Part shown: positions 32,127-47,719 of the stretch, piece by piece
Layout: every line of letters starts with the position of its first letter
Numbering within the stretch: position 1 is the first letter of the stretch
DNA from: the human T2T-CHM13v2.0 reference genome, Homo sapiens
Length of the DNA stretch: 64,000 bases
Strand: one strand, 5' to 3'
NCBI RefSeq assembly: GCF_009914755.1
Contig: NC_060933.1
The notes under the pieces: model-generated
Database searches by the model: none
Seen by the model: the letters and a program-made list of their open reading frames with translations, nothing else
What the model was told of the DNA's origin: nothing
Program-made: the position numbers and the translations under genes

Positions 32127-33139
32127 TAATTCTAGAGGAGAGCACTTTTAAACTGAGGTCCTTGGCTAGAATCCTCAGATTTCATATGGAGTTTTCTAGA
32201 AGTTTTTGAAATTTCTTTATGAATCTCCCTTGCAGTCTTGCTGATTGTGGTCTTAAGTGTCCTGCAGAGCCAGTCTTTTCAAGAATCTTGAAATGAATCA
32301 TTTGGTTAGAAAAATGCTTTTCTGATATATGTAACACATTTTTCACTAACATAAACTATTGAGTCTTCAAAAGCTGAGTTTTCCTCTAGCCAGCCATCTG
32401 GATGGAGTACAATTTCCCTCTAGACAAAAGGAGCTGGTCTTCTCCCCTCCCCACCCCCAGCCCCACTGGAGAAGTTCTAGCAGGCTCCAGTCTCAGCGTT
32501 TCTTGACATCACCGCCAGACAGGCCGGTGACCTCCTCAGGGCCCTCCTTTAGTACACATGGCGTGGGTGGGTAAGTTCTGACCTGATAGACACATATTGA
32601 TATGCCTATATAGGGGACAATACTCTTTTCACTCATAGCAAGGTCAGCTCCTGTGGTTATGAACTGAAGAGAATTTCCGAGTACATTTGAGCTGCAGTGG
32701 AAGGGGTGCATATGTTTCCTATTTCGTTATTCTGAGACCCATTTGTTCCATGCTTACTGTGTGCCAGTGTCAGGTCCTATATTAGGTTTTTTACATAAAA
32801 TATCTCATATAATCCTCCCCTTTCTTTGGTACAGGGACTATTAATATTCTAATTTTATGAAAACTTAGATTAAATTAGATAAACAAATTACAAAAGTTAC
32901 ATGACCAGAATTCAAAGCAAGATTTCAACTAGTTTGTCTGACTCCAAAGCAACATTACATTGCTTCTTTAAAAAAAATTTAAAATATATATGTGTATAAT
33001 ATTTTGAAAATATAATAGAAACCTATGGTACAAATTTCAAAAGATTCAAAAAAAATGAAAACACAGTCAAAATGAAACCTCCCTCTCTCCCCGTCCTCTT
33101 TCCTGAAGACAAGAAGAATTTATTTTTTTGTTTTTTTGA

Positions 33140-34009
<870 letters not shown>

Positions 34010-34470
34010 CCAGAAACATTTCTTGAAAGGTGCTACTTGTGAGTTTTGCGAATGGCTTCCCTTGGGAAGCCCGAAAAGGTCAGAGGGAAGCTGCCTTATC
34101 CTCCCTGATGTTTTGCTGGAGCACAGTACACTCTATGGGCTCCTGTTCTTCTGACATCTGAAAGAGGACCTCTGTAGGACTCAGTGTGCTGACCATGGGA
34201 AGCACACTACAGGCAGAGGACTGGCATTGCCTTGTCAATTTCAACGTACTCTTCTTGCCCCTCATTTAGGAGCCCAAGTCTTCTGGGAAAGCTCACCTTA
34301 CCCAACCTCCCAATAGCCTCCCGTGACTGGTGGCATCTTCCCACAGAACTAGTTTCCATCTCATTGGTCCTGAAAGAGCTTTAGGTCCCCAAAGCTGCTA
34401 CTTTCCTTTGATGTGGTGGAGTAGAGAGGTAGATGGTTCTGATCTAGGCATGCCTTCCCTCCCCTCACAG

Positions 34471-34563
34471 AAGCAATGGAGTCTGGGTTTCATTCCTAAA
34501 CTGAAGAGGAAGATCCCAGTCAACTACTGGGGACAAGATGAAGGTGAAATCTCAAATGAAACT
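34471..34563 (+). CDS. Candidate alternative in-frame exon in DNAI1 intron 4, KQWSLGFIPKLKRKIPVNYWGQDEGEISNET
   Basis: CCTTCCCTCCCCTCACAG acceptor; 93 nt with no stop; ACT|GTAAGG donor; phase 0-0 matching exons 4 and 5; not part of the canonical 699-aa protein as I recall it. Confidence 0.4.
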
Positions 34564-34624
34564 GTAAGGGTAATTTATTCCTTGGGAATCTTCATCATGA
34601 AAATAGTTACTATTTTATTGAACA

Positions 34625-34860
34625 TTAATATTGAGCATTTATTATGTGTCAGACACTGTGTTAATAGGTTGTTTTTATTATTTTTAATACTTATAATTAT
34701 CATGCAAATTAGATAGTATTAGCCTTCTTTTATAGATGAAGAACTTAGGGCTTAGAGTGGTTAAGCCCAAAGTCATGAAGATAAGAAGCAGCAGAATAAA
34801 GATTCAAACCCAACTCTGCCTGCCTCCAAAGACCATGCTCTTAACCACTGCACTGACTTG
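34625..34860 (-). mobile_element. MIR
   Basis: ATTGAGCATTTATTATGTGTCAGACACTGTG...TTTTATAGATGAAGAA...GATTCAAACCC. Confidence 0.65.
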
Positions 34861-35847
34861 TCTTCCCATACATCTGAGTTACTGAAAGAAGAAGGGCTCT
34901 GTGGTGACTTTTAAATACAGAGCTTCCCAACCTGTGTGATGGCGATCCTTCCAGCCCTCCAGGGGCAGGGAGATCTGTGCAACTGGACCCCATGAACTGG
35001 TTTCCTCTACTGTGAGTTTACCGTAGTGTGCCATACAAACATAGTTTCTATATGGCTTGAAAAGGGTTTGCATATCTGTTTTAAAAGAAGGAAGAGATCT
35101 CCGGTCTCTAAGTCAATTTTAGTGGTTGCAAGGGTGCTGATCAATGAGGAGGCTATCTGCAGGAACCAGACTACAAGCTCTGTGAAATAAGGGATTGTGT
35201 CTACTTTTTCTCAGCTTTATATCCCAGGCACCTGGAAAATACTTGGCACATTGAGGCTGTTCAAAAATTATTTCAAGAATGGATGAACAAAATGACCTGG
35301 GCTGTAAGCCTAATCCTGCTTCTCATTTGCTGTGTGACCCGGACAAATGCCAACCCATATCTTTTCTGGAATTCCATGGTCCTCTTGTATGGAACTAGGG
35401 GATTGGGGTTGTCTCTGAAGATCTATCCAGCTTTAGAATCCACTAAGTACAGTGGAGAGAGGGTTATGCCAGGTGTGTTTGATGACTCTATCTGCCCAGG
35501 GTATGTGGTATGGCAAGTGAACTTGAAACCCTTGGCATGGAAGTAGGAGACAAGACATATAAGCCAGTGATAGGCAAATCTGGAGCCACTTGAGGTTGGA
35601 AAGGCAAGGTATTTTAAAATAAATCCTTGATGATAACTTTAAAAAAGATTTTATTTCATTTGTCTTCTCTTCCTTTTCTTCTTTAAACTGAAATGCAGTG
35701 AAAACTTCAGATTAACTGAGGATTTGGTGAGTTACATTTCCTTTAACAAAGATGGACTGTCTTTGATCTTAGAGAATGAAAGCAGATTACATTTTGACTC
35801 CAGCTCTTTTAGGGATCCCTGGTCTGACTCAGCCCCTCTCTTCTTAG

Positions 35848-36036
<189 letters not shown>

Positions 36037-36092
36037 TAGGGAGTATACCTCTAAGCCAGAACTTTTCAGAGCTTCTGCTAACATAAACTCCA

Positions 36093-36420
<328 letters not shown>

Positions 36421-36536
36421 CTAACCCATGACACTCAGGCCAAGGAAAACCCCAGGCAGAAACCAAGAAAGCCCTCCCTGCCACAGATTGGGAGAGCAGG
36501 CTTAGACTTTGAACTCATTGGCAGTATCCTACCAAG

Positions 36537-36649
36537 GTTCTCAGGAGTCTGTCAAGGTGATTTCAGAAACAGGAAACCTCGAAGAAGACGAAGAGCCCAA
36601 GGAGTTAGAAACTGAGCCTGGGAGTCAAACAGATGTGCCTGCAGCTGGG
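36537..36649 (+). CDS. DNAI1: DNAI1 exon 6 (acidic region), with alternative acceptor starting the exon at 36525 and adding VSYQ
   Basis: AAG acceptor; 113 nt restores phase 0; GGG|GTACAG donor; peptide [38 protein letters not shown]. Confidence 0.92.
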
Positions 36650-36893
36650 GTACAGTATAATATCGCTCTGTGTCCCTCTTCTTCCAGCTCAAGCTGTGGA
36701 TGGAGGCTTCATGGGTAACTTGGGAAAGGAGGAGGGAGACCTAAGGTGAGAATAGAGGCTGCAGGTGCCAATGTGTCTGGCAGCATCACTCTCTCCTACC
36801 TCTGTCCTATCCTAGGACAGGGCTTGCCCCATCTCCCGGTTTTCTACCACCTTCTCACAGCTGATTCCTGATCCTCTGGGTCTTTATTTTCAG

Positions 36894-37013
36894 GCAGCTG
36901 AAAAAGTGACTGAAGAAGAATTGATGACTCCTAAGCAGCCCAAGGAGAGAAAGCTCACTAACCAGTTCAACTTCAGTGAGAGGGCCTCACAGACCTACAA
37001 CAACCCTGTCCGG
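36894..37013 (+). CDS. DNAI1: DNAI1 exon 7, [40 protein letters not shown]
   Basis: TTTTCAG acceptor; 120 nt; contains the axonemal IC motif [14 protein letters not shown]. Confidence 0.95.
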
Positions 37014-38019
37014 GTAGAGCAGCCCCCACCCTAGCCCCTTTGCAGCTCTTCACTGTGCCTGGCAGGGAAGAAGCAGGCCTGACCCTGGCCCTAGCAGACC
37101 TCAGCCTGGCAGGGGTGACAGGACAACAGATGCTACAGCTTATCTCCCCAAGGAGAGCTGAGAGCATGTGTTCAGGTCTCTGTAAGCTATCCAGGCAGGA
37201 GTTTAGAGGGAGTAACATGGAGGCTAGAGCTCCCAAAACTCCACTGGAAGGCTTCAGCTGGATCTGAGCTTTGTAGAGGGGTAGAAATTAGGACTTGGGA
37301 GGGGAGGGGAGGCCACAGTGTGTTCAGGGAACAGGAGGCCTAGGAGCCAGTTCAACTGAAGTTGATGATCTCTGTGATAGACCAGCTGGCAAAGGCCAGA
37401 AAGTTCCCTGACTCAGAGGCTCTTGAGAACCAGGCTGAGGGAGCCTCTCAGCGTTTCAGGTGAGAGACTCACACGTAAGGGGAGGGTTCTACAGAAATGA
37501 ATCTACAGATGGAGGGCGAGGTCTACAGGGTGAGTTTTTGACAGTGCCTCATCACCCTGTGTGGTCCCTATGCTAACATTTGGTAATCTGGGTGATACAG
37601 AATGGGAAGGGGGCCCATTCCCCTGGTGGAGCCAGAGACCCTCATATTAGAGAGGCCTTCTCAGGGCAAGGGGTGTTAGTCTGATGGCCTGACAGAGGCT
37701 GACCTCTATGCCCTGGCCTGGCATCCTGCAGGTCTGTTCATCCCCCACTTAGACTGTATCTTGGTTAAAATGGGCACAGTCAGGCTTCCCTGCCCCTGCT
37801 TTCTAGCTTATACTTCTTCTGAAGGAGGCCAGAATGGACACAATATGGGCTTTGAATGCATCATTCAGTTATTCACCCAAGCCCCTCTTTACTTCCCCAG
37901 CTCTGTGTCCCAAACCTCCATCAGCCCCAGCCAAAATGCTTCTCTCAAAGATATACTGTTGGATTAAGTGAGAAGGAGTTGAGGGCTTTTTGTGGGTCTC
38001 CTGTTGTCTTGTTCTTTAG

Positions 38020-38220
<201 letters not shown>

Positions 38221-39016
38221 TGAGCATCCAGGCTCTGAACACCAGGCACATGAGACAGTAGGTCCCTATCCAGTGAGCTGTGGGCCAGCCACGTGACTCA
38301 AGGGCAAGGTTGTGCAAGCTGGAAACAGGCATGGCTTCTGGATGGAGCTTCTTCCATGACCAGGGGAGAACATTTGCTTCGATGGACTCTCTGGAACCTG
38401 TGGCACCCTGTGACTCTGTGACTGACTCCAAAGTGTTAGCACTCTGACCCTGCCCTCCCAGCAGCCTTCAGTGTTCCTGCAGCCCCCCTCCTCCCCCTTC
38501 AAGTCCTCCTGGATGGCCACACTTATTTGAACAGGATATGGTGCCAGGAGACCTGATCTCAGACCTCACATTTTCTGTTCATACTTTAAGATCCTGAGCA
38601 AACCATGTCACTTTTAATGCCTCAGTTTCTTTCTCTCTAAAGAGAGGATGACAAGCTGCCTCACAGAGTTGTTGGAGGGTCTGAATGAGATAACAAAGAT
38701 TAGAGTACTTTGCAATGTGGAATAGGAGACTGGGGGGGAATTATTAAATGTAAGGTTTGCTTATCTGACCTCCAGGTGGCAGTGACTTCCCAGCTCTAGG
38801 GAGCACACGGTGTGATGAGGGGCATTTGCCCAGCCCCAGATCCTTGCTGCTTCCTCTGCTACTATCCTTGGGCTTCTCTTCCTGTCAGATCCATTTAGCA
38901 AATGTTCCCTTACCTTTTGCTTATCTCCTTTTAATGCTGAGATGTGGTCAGTGCCATAGACAGCCAGCCCGAGCCAGTATGTTTATGCCATGTCCGGGGT
39001 GGGGGTGGGGATATGA

Positions 39017-39359
<343 letters not shown>

Positions 39360-39732
39360 TATTTTTTTAAATGTTCTAGTTCAGAGTCTTTTAAATCACC
39401 AACAAAAATGGGAACTAGCCTGATGTTTGCCCATTTGTTCTGCCTGCTGGGGGCTGCATGCTAGAACAATGTTGATCTTCAGCTGAAGACCCAGCCTCTG
39501 GGTTTCAGGGTATGTAAGCCCAGCCCAGAGATGTCCTTAGAACTCTTTCATTCTTGTTCCAGAGCTGATAGTAGGGAAGACAGGTATTGAATACCTAATT
39601 CCAACAGGCCAAGTAGAAGATGCTTGTTGCCAGGGTTAACATGACCAATTCCTTAAGTCTTGAAGGCTGAAAAGAGCTGTCTGGGTAAAGATTGCACCTT
39701 ACAATGATCCTTCTTATCTCACCCTTGCCTAG

Positions 39733-39876
<144 letters not shown>

Positions 39877-42800
39877 TAGTTCCTACAGCTCTGCCACAGA
39901 ATTTCTGAATGAGGCCTTGGCCTCTGGGTAGACAGAAGCCTGGCTGTCTGGGAGGGGTTCACAGATACTTAAATCAGGGACTAATGTTGAGATATAAATA
40001 GTTCTTTCCTTAGGGGAAGATGTGAGGAGAGCTACAACTGCCTCTAGCATTCCATACCTCCCCCCAGTAAGATAGATCTGGAGGCTAGCAGTATTTCAGA
40101 ATTATTGAGCTAGAGGGTAACAGAAGACATATTCCTTATTGAAAGCACTATATGCCTTCTGGAAGAGCTGGGGAGTGTGCTCAGGTGGGGGTGGGATGTG
40201 AGGATAAGGCACCACTTCCCTCGGCAACGGCTTATAGGATCTGGGAAAGTGAGATGTTTTTTCACTTTCAGTACTTGGGTTTACTTATGTCCTATACTGT
40301 AGGTGAATCTTCAGGGCCAGGAGCCAGATCAGAGATGATCATAGGTACCATAAATGCTAGGCCAATGGATTTGGCCACCCTGGGCTAGATTTTCCATGAA
40401 GAGCCATGTAGAAGTCATTATAAAGGTCATGGTTGAGGGGGGCTCACTGTGGGTCTAGCCAGCACAGGTTTGGGGAATCATCGTGGGAGTCACAGTGATG
40501 CAACTATAGGGAGTCACTGAAGGGAGGGTCGCCACAGGGAGACGCTGAAGGGCCACATTTGTCCCTTTAACAGACAGAAATCTGGATCAGGAACCAGAGT
40601 CCCATTGTGGATCAGGATGGGTTTGACTTGCAGTGGCGTGGGAGGGACAATGTCCACAGGAATCTGGGGGCTGGTTTTCAGCACCTCGGAGAGTTCCCAT
40701 GGCTGCTCTCGGGGAAGTGGTTCTGCTCCACTCCAGAATTGAAGCTGGACCAGTTAAAGGAAGTGCTGCTTCCTATGCCTGAGATGTGTCCACTCTCGCT
40801 TAATTCTGTTTCATTATCCTGATCATGTCACATTTTAGGGGAAGTTTGAGGGTACCCTGCCTTGGCTTTATAGGAACTGTCCCAATGCTGTTTTATTCAG
40901 TCACTGACCAAGTACCTAGTGATCATGGCCGTGCGGGTACTGGAACTCTGAGGTGAAAGATGGAGCCCCTGCCCTGCTACTCTGTGCAGACCCTTGGCTT
41001 CCCCTGATCCATTCTCTAGAGGTTAGAGGCTTCACAGGGGCCACTGGCCTAGGTCAGGGTTCACATGAAGATCCATCAGGGGTTATAAGCTCTGTACTGG
41101 GACCCATGGTTGCAGAAACCTCAACTATAATCACCAGGATCTAGAAACCAGAAGAAAAGTCCCTGTGACTGAGACTAGAATCTGACCTGTGTCTTCTAAG
41201 CCTTGCAGAGTTGGTGTCTAACATCCTCAGGGATGAGGGACCATCTCTCTCCATCACACTGGACTCTTCCAGCTTAGCTGACTTGGAAGACTATGGTACA
41301 AGCAGATTCCAGCCCTCTGGACCAAGAGTCCACATGGGAGGCAGGACACCCTCCCCCAGCCCCACCTAGTGAATGCCTTGGTGTGCACCCTCTCCCCAAG
41401 GCAATAATTAGAAATCCCAAGTACTGGGCCAGGCTGTCTGTGCAACACAGTGGGAAAGGCAGTCACCTTCCCCATTGCCCAGGCCCAGTGGTTGAACAGA
41501 GTGACACCCCTTCCTCAAAGAATGGGGTCTGATTATGTGGGTAGAAAACTCAAATGTGCTGGAGGGGAGAAAAGATAAAAACTTCATGATATCCTATAGG
41601 AAGGGCCTCCTTGGTGGACCTCAGGTCTCTGTCTCATTAGTGATTTGAGTGAATGCACAGAAATCAATGCACATTTGTCTGATCTGAATAATTAGGTAGG
41701 AAAGGAGGAAAGGGCTCACAGGCTGCAAGTTCAGTGAGAACTAATAAAGATGTGTGGCTGCTCCAGTAGCATAGTATCTGGGACAAGGGAGGTGACAGCC
41801 CACAACACTCTCCTCAGAACACAACTGGAAACCTGCATCTCCCAGGGCCAGGAGAGGAGTGGTCAGACTGGGGAGGCACTGGCTCACTGTGTGGGTCTGA
41901 GAGCATGGACCCTGGAACCTACAGACCTGGATTTATATCCTGGCTTTGCCATTTGTTAGCTCAGTTTTTCTGAAACCTCAGTTTCTTCATCTGTAAAGAT
42001 ACCCTAATGATACCTACTTTGCAAGATTTTCATGAGAACCCAAGATAATACGGTGCAGCCCCTAACATAACACTTTTGTGCTACTGATCAATAAATGGTA
42101 GCTATTGTTATTGATATGCCATTTCATGACTGATGGAGCTGGGAGGAGTCACCCGAGGAAGTGCTGACTTGAGGGCATGTGGCTGTGTCCTCCTACCTCA
42201 AAGGAGCTCTCACCAAGCATCCAATTCCTTGTGGCCAGAGGACAGAGTTGGGCCCATAGGTAGAAGATGCAGGGAGGGAGTTTCAGTTAACTGGCTATCT
42301 GGCCACAGAAAACACTGCCTGACCTGGGGAGAGTCACACTTACCAGGAAGCTGCTAAGGGGAGAGGATTCCTGCTCTGGGTCAGAGAATAGAGAGCGTAG
42401 CTGGAACCAGGTGAACTCTGAGGTCCGTGACTGCAAGACTCCAGTGAATGCCCTTCTTGGTCAGTTTTCAAAGATAAACTTGGAGTCTCTTTCAGGCGTG
42501 GCAAAAGGTCCTCAAAGGTCAGTTCCCCAGAAGTGACTTCATAACCCTTCGCTGCACTACTCTGCATGTTTCCTCTGACACCATCACCACCGGGAACTGG
42601 GTTAGACACTAACATGTATTATCACATTTCACCATCACAATGACCTGATGAGGCAGATGCCACCATCCGCCCCCACTTACCAGGAGGAGTCTAAGACTCA
42701 GAGAAGCTAAATAACTTGCCAGAGGTTTCACCGGGTTCTAATTTTGGTGGGATGGGATAGGAGTGCAGGTCTGTGCGGCTCTAGAACCCATCCTTTTAAC

Positions 42801-43625
42801 CGCTACCTGACGCTGCTGTTTCTGAGACATCGAATCCTTGGGAGCCATGGGCCTGGCCCCCTGACCCTACCCTGGAGGGCTGCCCATTCAGCTGGCTCAC
42901 TCCTGCCACCTGCCCTAAGCCCTCTGGGCCTTTCCTGTTAGTCCCAAACTCTTTGCTCTTCTGTCAACCTGCCAAGCACCTCATCTTGGGGATTTATGGA
43001 ATTTCACACAATGGCAAGCTTCCTTTTGGTTCAAGATGAGTCACGTTTTCCTGAAGTTAAGCTTCCTGCTTTCTCATTGGTCTGGGCTGTGGGGAGGGCC
43101 TGGAATTAGGAGTCTCAGTTCTGCCTTGTACTCCATGTATGTAAGCATGTCTCTCCCCTCTTTGGGCCTTGGTGCCTTCCTCAGCCTGTAACTGAGTAAG
43201 GGATAAAACCACATGATCTTTGAGGCCTTTAATGGGAGTCTTTCACTCTCTGAGCTGGTAAAACTTTTCTGTCTCCACCAAAGAAGGCTCCAACCTGCCC
43301 TTGTCTGCTCTCCCCTGCAGACCCTTCCTGGGCTCTCTTCAATGCCCTGTCTTGTGCTCAGAGATAGGCCTTCTCCAAAACAAGTCCAGAATGAAAGCAT
43401 GAAGCAGGTTCTACCCAGGGGCCAAGTATATCAGCTCAGACCCTTTGTGCCACTTGTGAGGTAGGAGTTCCTAGAAGAGGGTAGTGGCATGAGCTGGGCC
43501 TTGAGACATGCAGAGAAACCTTTACAGAGCTATCTGGGGTGAGTAGTGCCAGAGAGCTACTGCTGAATCAATTGCAAGGGTGACATGGCTCAGGACATAT
43601 GACCTTGCTAAGTGCTGGTTTATGA

Positions 43626-43745
<120 letters not shown>

Positions 43746-46700
43746 TGAAGTTCTGGCAACCACTATTATTGCCTGTATTAAAAATTTCTCATAAAAGCTT
43801 GGGTTATTTGGGTGTCTCTTGCTAGCTCCTATAGGTGCAAGCGGAGAAAAAATAATCCCTCTGTCCTCTGGATGTCACTGGGGAGACAAGACTTATGTGG
43901 ATTAACCATGACTGATGGCATAAGAAACAATGTGTATACTGATGAGATCTGGAAGTGGTGCAGCAAAGAATACCTGCACATGGGTGATCCAATCTCATCT
44001 TCCTGATAACCCTGGGAGGCAGGCAGAGCAGAGACTTGCCCATACTGTACACATGAGGAAGCTAAGGCTAAGGCCACCTGACTAGTGAGTGGCAGAGAGG
44101 ACCCAAATAGAGGTCTCGATCTTCCTCATTCTATGCTCTGTCCTCTACTCAGAGCACCTTGGGAATGCTATAAATGCCAGAATGTATGGGGTAGACAGAA
44201 ACCACTCTGGGGATCCTCACATAGGAGAGAAGGAAAGTGAGGGATGAGTGGGAGTAGTTATGGAAGGCTTTGGAGAGGGCTTAGCTAGATGCCAAGGGAG
44301 AAGCAGAGTGTGTGAGAGAAGATAGCTACAGGGAGGATGTTCTGGACAGGGATGGCATGAGCAGTGTCTTGGCAGTGAAACCGAATAGGAATGGACTCTG
44401 GGGACAAGGGACAGCAGGCTCCCTGACCCAAACAGGATCTTCATTGAAAAGAGGTGAGAGTTCAGGCGGAAGAGGTTGTTGGAGCCCATTAATGAAGGGC
44501 CTTGAATATCATGCAAGGAATGTGACCTATCTCTGCAGACAGTTCAGAGAACTGAAACTTTCTAGGCAGGGACACAGCCTGATGAGAGCAAGGCTGGAGG
44601 AGGATGTGATTGTGTAGAATATAGGGCAGAGGTGGAGGTGAGGCTCAAATGTGGGGTGGAATGGGCCTTACCACACCTGACCTAGCCTGTGTCTTAAGGA
44701 ATGGAGAAAAGGGAACAGTTATAATAGTGAGAAACAAGCTCCAGCATTCACTGGGAGTAGCCTGTGTGTCAGGCATTGTGCTATGCAATTTACATGTTAT
44801 TATTTTGTTTGTTCCTGACAGCCACACTGTGAGGTGAATACCATTATTATCTCCATTTTATAGATGAGAAACTCAGGCTGGGATGTTGCCACTTTTTCAA
44901 AGTCACAGCTAGTGTGAAGTGTGAGTGGCAGAATCAGAACTCGAACACAGGCCCCTTGGATCCATCACCTAAGCACTTCGCCGCTAGGCTGCAAAGCCAC
45001 TGAGCCGGAAGAGACATTTCAAATAAACACACTCAATAGATCTATCCTGGTGATTAATTAGTGATGAGTTGAAGAAAGAGATTGATTCAGAAATGCTTAA
45101 ATCCTGGGGGCCTGGGAAATTCTGGTGTCTGACAGTGTCAGGGAAACAGAATCCTTCCCATGGCATGAACAGCACATTCCCAAGTGGCTTGTATTTCCCT
45201 AAGAGGTTGTGCATTTATTTGGAGCAGCTGCCTTCCCAGAGTTGGCAGCTCCTCGATGCTGGCTGGTCTCCTTTGCTGACAGCCTAGGGCTCTTCTTGGT
45301 GACTTGATGCTCATTGCTCACCCATGGGACACAGAAACCAGGGCTGCCAAAACCAGCCACCTAAACAAGCCCCCTCATTATCATTCAGGCTGGAAAACGA
45401 CCTTGAGTGCTTTTCAAAGCTGTCAAAGTACACAACAGCTGTGAATGAGTTTGTCACTCACACAGCGTGGCTTCTTGAAACCCAGCCTCTGCAAGTGGCC
45501 CACCAAAGGGCTGCAAACCTGATTAATATCCATGGAGAAATTGGCCTTGGTGAACCACTTTCATTTATAAGAACACAGTCACATAAAAATGTATTGAACT
45601 TTGATTTTTTTAATTGCATACTCCTTTCCCTTTGGGAAAGTGTAATCATGAAGGAGACATGAAAATAGAGAAGTGTTACCAATTAATCTCTGCTCTGAAT
45701 TGAAGTATTTTCAAAGATAACCCAAGCGGGGTAATCTCTGATGTAATCAAGGCTCACGCCTCTCTGACCACTTGAATCTTTTTTGTTCTGAGACATTTTT
45801 GAGGTTTGAGTGAAGTCCCACAACCTCAAGGTATGGGCACTATAGGAGATGTCAGGCCTGGGCATGTTCTTGGCTTCACTGAATGACAGGATTCATTTTC
45901 TAATTGGTCACCCTTTGTCTAAAGAAGATCAAGAACTACTTCACTTCTGTTAATGAATTTCACTGCATTCTTTAAACAGTTGTTGGTTGTCTGTTTTGTG
46001 GCTGGCCCTGTGCTAGGCACTGGGGACCCAGAGAATATATGTGTGTCCTGCTCTCCAGATATTGTCTGGTGGGGGAGAACAGGCAAAAGGATAGAGGCAA
46101 TCTAGTGTGACAGATGTTTCAGTAGAGGAGAGGCAGGGCTGGAACAGAGGAAGAAATTAACTCTGCTCAAAAGAAAATGAAGGCCTTACAGATGAGAAAG
46201 AGTTTGATCTGGATCTGGAGTGAGTAGGAGTTTGCCAGGAAGAACAGGGCATCTTAGACATGGAAAACGATGTAGAAACACCCAAAACAGGAGACAACTG
46301 GACTCATTGGCATGATTTGATATGGAGGGGACACGGACAGCTGACTAGAAATAACGTGGATCTCCTCTTGGTTTAATCTCCTCTGCAAGGAGAGCCATTG
46401 AGGGGGTTTCAGTGGAGTGAGGAAAGGGGTGTCGTGAGGTGCCTTGTTTGTACTCACACTGGTTGTTCTGTGAAACAAGGGTTGGAGAAGGAGTTACTGG
46501 AGGTAGGAGACCAGTTAGAGGGATGTTGTCATAATACAGGTGATGGATGTTGGGGCCTGAACCTGGGCAGGGGCTATGGGTTTGGAGAGAAGCGAATGAA
46601 TTAAAAAGATAGAAGAAAAATATGAGAAATTATGGAAACAGATCAGTCAAGGATTACTCATTTCTGGTTTAGACAAGTGGGAGGATGGGGCATCTATCTA

Positions 46701-47024
46701 ACTTAAAGAAAGTGGAAGGCAGAGACAATTTTGTGGGCAGGAGATGAAGTTGGGTTCAGAGAACCCATGGGGGATCTAGGCAGCTTCATTATAGGGAGAC
46801 TTGGCTGTGGATATGAAAATGGGCTGCATTTTAGGGATTTAGGAGGCAGAATTAATGGAACTATTAATCAGCCCTTGGCAGCTGAACCCTTGAAATTTGG
46901 CTCCTCCAAACAGAGCCTCCTGAAATGCTAGGGAAACACATGGGAACAAGGGCTGCGAACCTGGGATTTTATCCATGTAGACATGGCCGGTGTATTGTAA
47001 TGTACCTCCAACAACAACGACAGT

Positions 47025-47240
47025 AACAATGGCTAACACATAGAGCTTACTATGTGCCAGGCATTTTTCTAAGCTCTTTGCATATATTAACTCAATTCAT
47101 ATATCCTCACAACAGAACTCTGAGATAGGTAGTAGTATTATTCCCACTCTAAAACAGAGGCTCATTGTTTTGCCCAAGGAGGTACAGACAGTAAGTGGTG
47201 GACCTGGGTTTGCCATAAAGCGGCAGTCCCAGGGCTGACT
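47025..47240 (-). mobile_element. MIR immediately upstream of exon 11
   Basis: GAGCTTACTATGTGCCAGGCA...CCTCACAAC...GTATTATTCCCA. Confidence 0.65.
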
Positions 47241-47258
47241 CTGCCTGTGTGTGTTTAA

Positions 47259-47378
<120 letters not shown>

Positions 47379-47675
47379 TAAGTATAGGCATTGCAGCAAA
47401 TGCAGAGCCCCTGAGTGCTCTCTACATCCCAAACCCCCAGTACCCCCTTCTGCACTTAACCACCTTGAGTATGACATGTGACAGTATAGAAAAATATGGA
47501 ACTTGGATTCTTATGGGATCACAAGACCACCCCCAGGACTCCCAAGTGGTGAGGGCCTAAGCTGGAGAACAGATGTCTGTAGTATATTTAGGCACCAGTG
47601 CCAATGGGAAGGCCCTTGTCCACAGGAGGGCCATGTTCATTTCCTATGCCAATGGATTCATATTTTTTTTTGCAG

Positions 47676-47719
47676 GAATCCAAAGTACAGGGATCTGTTT
47701 GCAGTGGGATATGGCTCTT
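47676..47719 (+). CDS. DNAI1: DNAI1 exon 12, NPKYRDLFAVGYGS
   Basis: T-tract + GCAG acceptor; 44 nt; GTAAGT donor. Confidence 0.95.

Noticed and set aside
36524-36531. GTATCCT resembling a U12-type 5' splice site
   Set aside because: It overlaps the exon 6 acceptors, lacks the full GTATCCTT, and has no upstream exon to serve; all traced DNAI1 introns look U2-type
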